In this document: positions 57,173 through 64,000 of the stretch, piece after piece
Layout of the letters: every line of letters begins with the position of its first letter
How positions within the stretch are numbered: position 1 is the first letter of the stretch
DNA from: the human T2T-CHM13v2.0 reference genome, Homo sapiens
DNA length: 64,000 bases
Assembly: GCF_009914755.1 (NCBI RefSeq)
Contig: NC_060926.1
Strand: one strand, 5' to 3'
The notes under the pieces: generated by a model
Databases searched by the model: none
The model's input: the letters and a program-made list of their open reading frames with translations, nothing else
Told to the model about the DNA's origin: nothing
Made by a program: the position numbers and the translations under genes

Positions 57173-57649
57173 GGGAAATGACCACATGCAAAGCACTGCG
57201 TGGAGGGCCACGCATCCCAAGCAAGTCAGCTAGAGTAGAGGCAGGAACCAAACAGCTCTATGAGGTTCTGGATGAGAAGCCGCATGCACCACCCCCTCCC
57301 TGCTCCCGTGTGGGACCCAGTGAAGACCTCCTGTGCCCGGCTGCAGCTGCTGAGTGTGGGAGTGTGCTCTCCACAGCAAACCAGCCGTGAAGGCTGCACA
57401 CCTTCCTGTTTCTGCCCAGCCACACCACAGGGCACTCAGCCCTTTTCCTGAGCACTTGAAGCTGCGTTTCCTCGAGCTCCTTCCTGTTTAAGAACAGGAG
57501 GGGAGTGGCGGCTCGCTTGTGCACCACTCTCCAGGGCAGTGGTGTGCGGGACACCCTGCAGCACCTTTGACTCCTCCTCTGGGAATGAGGCGTGGTTTAA
57601 TCTGCAACCCCTTACCATTAGAGTCTGCAACTAGTCAAAAGGTGAATCT

Positions 57650-58267
<618 letters not shown>

Positions 58268-58306
58268 TAAATCTAAGAGGTGACCAGTAGGGGAATATAT
58301 TTGTCG

Positions 58307-58531
58307 AGTCTCCTCACCTCAGCACTGTTGCCATTTGGAGAAGCATAATTCTTTGGTGTGTGCGGGGAAGGGGGGGCTGTCCTGTGCATTGTGGGGTATT
58401 GAGCAGTATCCTTGGCCCTACCCATAAGATGCTAGTAGGCATGTCCCCTCAACTCCCCAGTTGTAATAACCAAAAATGTCTCCAGACATTGCCAAATGTA
58501 CCCGGGAAAATCACTCAGGTTGAAGTCACTA
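58307..58531. mobile_element. MER20 hAT-Charlie DNA transposon
   Basis: 'cagcactgttgccatttgg...gggctgtcctgtgcattgt...aaccaaaaatgtctccagacattgccaaatgt'. Confidence 0.85.
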
Positions 58532-59403
58532 AATTATATGTGTGTACATATAATTACACATGCATATACATCACGTACACACACACACACCCACACACAC
58601 ACACACACCTTTTGCTGGTGGCTCTGGATTGGTAAGCTGGCTCCATGGCAAGAATCAGCATCCTAATACTTGCCCCACCCTTTAAAATAAACTTCCCAAT
58701 CCTAGGCAGACAAAAGAACAACCCCAGACCTCCTCCCTCAGAGTGGGGACAAGGTGAGGGAGGTGGCGGCCCGGCAGGAAGGTCATTTCTTTCTTCAGTC
58801 ACATCAGATGAGCTGCTTCCCCTCACTAGGAGTGGATGGGGCTGCCAGTGGTGTTCTTGCAAAATACCCCTTGTGGGAGGAGAGGGGTGGAGGGAGAGAA
58901 CACCCTCCACACATCCCCGTGGGATGTCTGGAGGGAAGGGTTTTGGGCACCCACCCTGGGGAGAGAGGAGAGCCCAGGTTACCATCTGTGGTGTCCCCTC
59001 GCTCACACTCACTACTGCCCTCCACAAACTGCCATGCTTGCTTGGTGCACGGTGCTGTGCTGGGCACTGGGGCAAGGCCCCCTCCCCCATGGGGCTACAG
59101 ATGCTAATCTGCAAATCCCAGAAAAGTGGAATCTCGGTGGCAGAGTGGATGAAGGGGAGGTGCTCAGTGCTATGAAAGCCAGCAGCTGGGAGTTTCAGGG
59201 GCTTCCCTAGGGAGGGATCCTGAGCTGGGGTCTGAAGGAAGAGCAGTTCACTGGGGAGTTAGGGAGTGTTCTAGGCAGAGTAAACAGTGCAGTGGCAGCC
59301 GGGGCTGGCACTTTTAAAGAAAGCCTCAAGACTTCTCTTTCTGATTGTGAAGTGAGCTGAGCAGACTGAAATCAAAGATGTGAAAATAAAGATAGAGGCG
59401 ACA

Positions 59404-59850
<447 letters not shown>

Positions 59851-62330
59851 TTACGTCCCTGGGGGACTCCAGGACCCCAGTGCTTCCTACTGGTGGCTTC
59901 AGCTCCCGGTCACTTGTCGGGAATGCAGTGTCCAGGGCTGAACCCCTGGAGGTTGTGTGGGACAGGGCCCAGGAATCTGCATTCTAGCAAGCACCTGCTC
60001 CAGGCTTGCTTCCCTGGCAGGGAGGCTTGGTGATCCAAGTTCCTTGGGTGCAGACACTTGCTGCTTCTCTCGGAGGCCGGGCTGGGCTGTGATTTTTTCA
60101 TCCAATGTGCTGGGCTGATTTCACTTGCGGATGCAGAATGAGAAGCTGTAGAGGAGATCACGGCAAGCTGTCTGCATGGACGATGGCAGAATCCGGTGTC
60201 TGCTTGGCCGCGTGGTGTCACTAATAGGATTTGCCGAGCCTTTTGGATGTTTGTGGCGCGACGGCTGCTGTGGGAACCCAGAGGCTGCTCATTTGCAGGG
60301 AATGAATAATTTATTTCTGTTTTCAGATGACTTATTCCTTCATCTGCAGCCGAGCCCCCACATGTTCTGTAGGCTCCTGATTAAGTGATTTCAGCAGGAG
60401 AATTTGGCTTAATCCCCCACTGCCCTGGACGTCTGGTTCCAGGCTGCTGATTTGTCGGCCTCGTGTCGGGGGGTGTCCGGAGCCTCTCCTCTCTGGGGGC
60501 TTTTCTTCCTGCTCTGCCTGTTTGGGAAGCCTCTGGCCACTGAGCATGTGCTGGCCTTGGGTTTTACTGCTGTCTGGCAATTAGAATATTAATGTCGATA
60601 ACACAGCAGGACTTGCGTGTGACAAGCTGAGCCACATAACGTCACAGTCGCTCTTGAACATCTCGGACTTTCACATGGGCCAGCCACACCCCAGCCTAGG
60701 TTGCTCCCTCACCTCCTCAGGGCCTCCCTGATGTCGGTTTAGACATGTGCCTTCCATCCTGCCTGGGCCACCATGTTGATCCTCTGGGTCCATTGCTCAA
60801 GAGCCCACCATGGCTCCCTGTTGGCAAATGCAGCCTGAATTCAGTATTCAAAGCCCTCCGTGAATGGGCTTGGTCCTTCCTCCCTGGCCTCTCTTGCGTG
60901 GCTCCATGCTCTGAGCTGCCTACTCGCTGACTCATTCATTTAATGTTTATTCTTTGGTTGTTGTTTCAGCACTGAGTGGGTCTGTGGAATCATTTACATG
61001 TTTATTGAGAGTCCCCCTGGCTGCAGATGCTGGGCAGGGGCTTTGATGTGGGGAGAAAGACCCCCCCCCAGGTTACAGGTAAGCCCTCCCAAGTGGCCCA
61101 GGGCCCTGGGAGGGGGTGAGGTTGTGTGAGATGGCAGTGTGGGAGAGTCTCAAATTTTTGGCATCTTTAATCTGCCCACTGGGTGAGATTGAGGACTCAG
61201 GTGGGTGTCAGGGGCTTTGAATGCCAAACCACAAAGGTCTGCAGGCTGGGGGAGCTGCAGGAGGTTGTCATCAGTGGCAGGGGCCTTGGAGCTTGGTGGA
61301 GGAGACCACGCTTCAGATGGCCAGCTGGAGCACCCCCCACCAGCCCCGCTGCCTGGACCCCTTCCACCTCTCCATGGACCCACCTCAGGCCCTACCCACC
61401 CTCTGCACCGCCTTGCACGGCATTGCTTAATTTCACTGCAATGGCTCACTGGGGCTGCTTTCCTCCCTCTCTTATTGCTCTCTGGGTGAGAGTTGGTCTC
61501 TGGCCTCCGCATGAGGCAGGGACAGTGCCCAGGGAGTGGCCAGTGGGAGAAGCGGGGCTTGCAGGCCAGGTGGGCCCAAGTGTGATTCCTGGTGCAGTGC
61601 TGGTGGCTGTGTCGCCCGGGGCAAGTGGCTCAGAGCCTGTTTCTCATCTGCAGATGGGGGGATGGTCTGTACCTGTCCAGCACCCATGAGGAGCAGGTGG
61701 AACAGGATGTGGCAGTCAAGGGCTCCTGAGGGGACCCGTAAGTGCCACATTCAGCCTTCTGTGTTAAGGACCATGAGTCCAAAGAGTAGTCACGTGTGAA
61801 TCCACCTCCTTGTGCCAGCCTCACGGCCTCCTCAGGAAGGGCATGGAGGAGCAGTGGGATGCCCACGGTACCGTGGAGGAAGCAGTCCTGGAGGAAGGGT
61901 GACTGGCCGAGGGCCATGCGGTGACGCACTGGGGACTGGCTCTAGCTGCTGTGGGGCACGTCCACGTGGAGAAGCGCTTGGTGTATTCCCCCACCCTCTC
62001 ACCCCCACAGCGTTCCTGGTGCTCTGGGTGCCTGCTGTTTCTGAGCCATCTAGGTGGGCACAGGGACAACCTCACCAGGGACAGTGTGGCCCCATGCTGG
62101 TAAGCAGGCGATACTGACCCTGGTTCCAAACTGCATTCCTGTTGGTCCTTTGTCTTGCTCTTCCGGTATCATTACGAACACAACTTTAGAAAGTTTAACA
62201 GTGGTACTCAGAGAGGCTTGTGGCCCCAACTCATGTGACAGTGACCAACAGGTGAAAGGTGACTTGTGGTCTGAACACCTGCAAGGGACACTTATTCCGA
62301 TGCCTGAATCTTTGCATCTCTGCCCAGCAG

Positions 62331-62380
62331 ATGACAGCACCTGGAGTGTTAGCTGGTCATACCTGGACCTGCGAGTGTAG
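62331..62380 (+). other. Candidate non-coding exon (50 nt)
   Basis: Acceptor ctttgcatctctgcccagcag|; donor TAG|GTAAGA. Confidence 0.3.
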
Positions 62381-62480
62381 GTAAGACCCTTCTTCTCAGG
62401 GCCTGTTTGCTCAACTGCACGATGGAAGGGTTGGGCAAGATGGATCTTTCCTTTCTTTTCTTTTCTTTTCTCCTTTGCAG

Positions 62481-62534
62481 TTGAACATTTTTCTTGCCAC
62501 TGAAATCACAGGTGGAGGTCTGTGTGTTCGGCAG
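62481..62534 (+). other. Candidate exon (54 nt)
   Basis: ~30-nt pure pyrimidine tract + ttgcag|; donor CAG|GTGAAT. Confidence 0.35.
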
Positions 62535-63393
62535 GTGAATGGCCATGCAGGGGTGGAGGGAGGCCTGGATGCTTTTTCTTCCCTGCACTCGCAGGCCCCC
62601 CATGGGACCCTCAGCCCCCAGAGGACAATTGGAGGCTTCTGGACTAGGGTTCTAAGGTCTCCTGAGAAGGTCAGAGGCTCGTTGTCCGGCCAAGACAGAC
62701 AGCAGACAGTTGGCGTGTCTCAGGGTAGGAGGCTCCCCAAATAGAAAGTACTGGATTGGGAGCGGATTTATTGTTCCCTGCCTCCCCGGGGCCGTCGGCA
62801 TTTCCCCTGTGGCTGCCTCACTGTTCTGATGTTGGCAAAGGTTTGTTTTATCTTCCTCCTTCCAGAACAGGAGGTGCCTCAGTGCCTCAGATGCTGCCTG
62901 AGAAGGTCAGTGGCATCTGGGAGCCATGGTGAGGGTGGCAGTGACTGGGCTCGGGAGGTTCCAGAATTCTGTTAGTGAGCAGTGAGCTGTTTTATTTTCC
63001 TTCCTGCCTATGGAAGGTCCTGAGTGAACAAACAAGTTTCAGTCTCAAGACAACACATCGTGTTTCGAGGTGACCTGTCCCCACCCCACCCCTGTCACTG
63101 GGAGAAGACTGCAGGTCTCACGGTCTCCCGTCTGTCTCTGCTGCCCCCAGGTCCAGGGACTCCTGCGATTTCTCTCCCTGGTGCCTGGTATTTTTGTAGC
63201 ACTCTCTGGTTTTCAAAGTTTTCCTACAACAATTGTGCTTAAAATGAAATATAAACTCCATCCCCAGCCCCCAAGTCCCACTCCCTGCCGACCTCGTCTC
63301 TTACTGGGAAGGCCCATCTTTGTCACCAGCAGCAGCTGTGAGTGCCTCGTCAGTGTTTAAGAGTCCAGGTCGCTGCAGCATCTTGGTGTGTAC

Positions 63394-63569
63394 TGTGGAC
63401 CCATTGTGTGTGTGCCCCCAAATTCCTGTGCTGAGACCCTCACTCCGAGTAGGATGTTATTAGGAGGCGGGGCCTTTGGGAGGTAATTTGGTCATTAGTG
63501 CCCTTATAGGAAGAGGATGCGAGCCAGACCTGCCTCTGCTGTCTACCAGGCAAGTATATAATGAGAAGG
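63394..63569 (+). mobile_element. MLT1A/MST-like LTR 5' part, interrupted by an ERV1 LTR
   Basis: 'gtgcccccaaattc...tattaggaggcggggcctttgggaggtaatt...attagtgcccttata'. Confidence 0.7.
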
Positions 63570-64000
63570 TGACGTAGGAGGCGGGACTCGACTCCAGAGG
63601 CAGGACTCAGACACCAGACCAAATTGAGGACTAGCTACAACAGGGCCAGGGTAGAAACAGCTTTCCCTAAGACGTGCCCACCAGTGTGCATGTCAGTTTA
63701 CCACTGCCATGGTAATACCCGGAAGTTACGGCTCCTTTCCGTGGCAATCATCTGACGACCTGGAAATTACCACCCTTTTCCTAGAAATTTCTGCATAATC
63801 CACCCCCTAATTTGCATGTAATTAAAAGTGGGAATAAATCTGATTGCAGTGCCGCCTCTGAGCTGCTGCTCTGGGCACACTGCCTGTGGGGTAGCCCTGC
63901 CCCGCAAGGAACAGTCCCTCTGCTGCCGCTGGGCACAGCTGCTTCAGTAAAATTGCTAATACCACCGGCTCACCCTTGAATTCTTTCCTGAGTGAAGCCA
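63570..64000 (+). mobile_element. ERV1 MER4-group LTR (MER83/MER41-like; subfamily uncertain), truncated by window end
   Basis: Starts TGACGTAGGAGGCGGGACTCGACTCC; contains 'taatttgcatgtaattaaaagtggg' and 'gggcacactgcctgtggggtagccctgc'. Confidence 0.75.

Overview
Primate, almost certainly human, non-coding genomic DNA. It is GC-rich and Alu-dense, and carries a near-intact AluYa5-lineage element with TSDs at 29728-30038. I can support no protein-coding region: the ORF track is explained by GC-rich chance ORFs, Alu/L1/LTR translations and simple repeats. The window looks like part of a large intron (probably of a + strand transcription unit) or regulatory intergenic DNA, but I cannot name the host gene. 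It contains about 27 Alu copies or fragments, several MaLR/ERVL/ERV1 solo LTRs (one complete, with a perfect 4-bp TSD), L1M/L2/L3/MIR/MER relics, several minisatellites and a few candidate + strand non-coding exons. I found no convincing new biological system. The best second-look items are a 230-bp, ~93%-identical local duplication carrying TF motifs (40518-40747 / 43084-43313), two 31-bp minisatellites (one with an internal hairpin, one amplifying a POU/homeodomain-like motif out of an L1), the young Alu, closely spaced inverted Alus and paired candidate exons. Repeat subfamily names come from recalled consensus sequences and need RepeatMasker/Dfam confirmation. Boundaries of old repeats are approximate.
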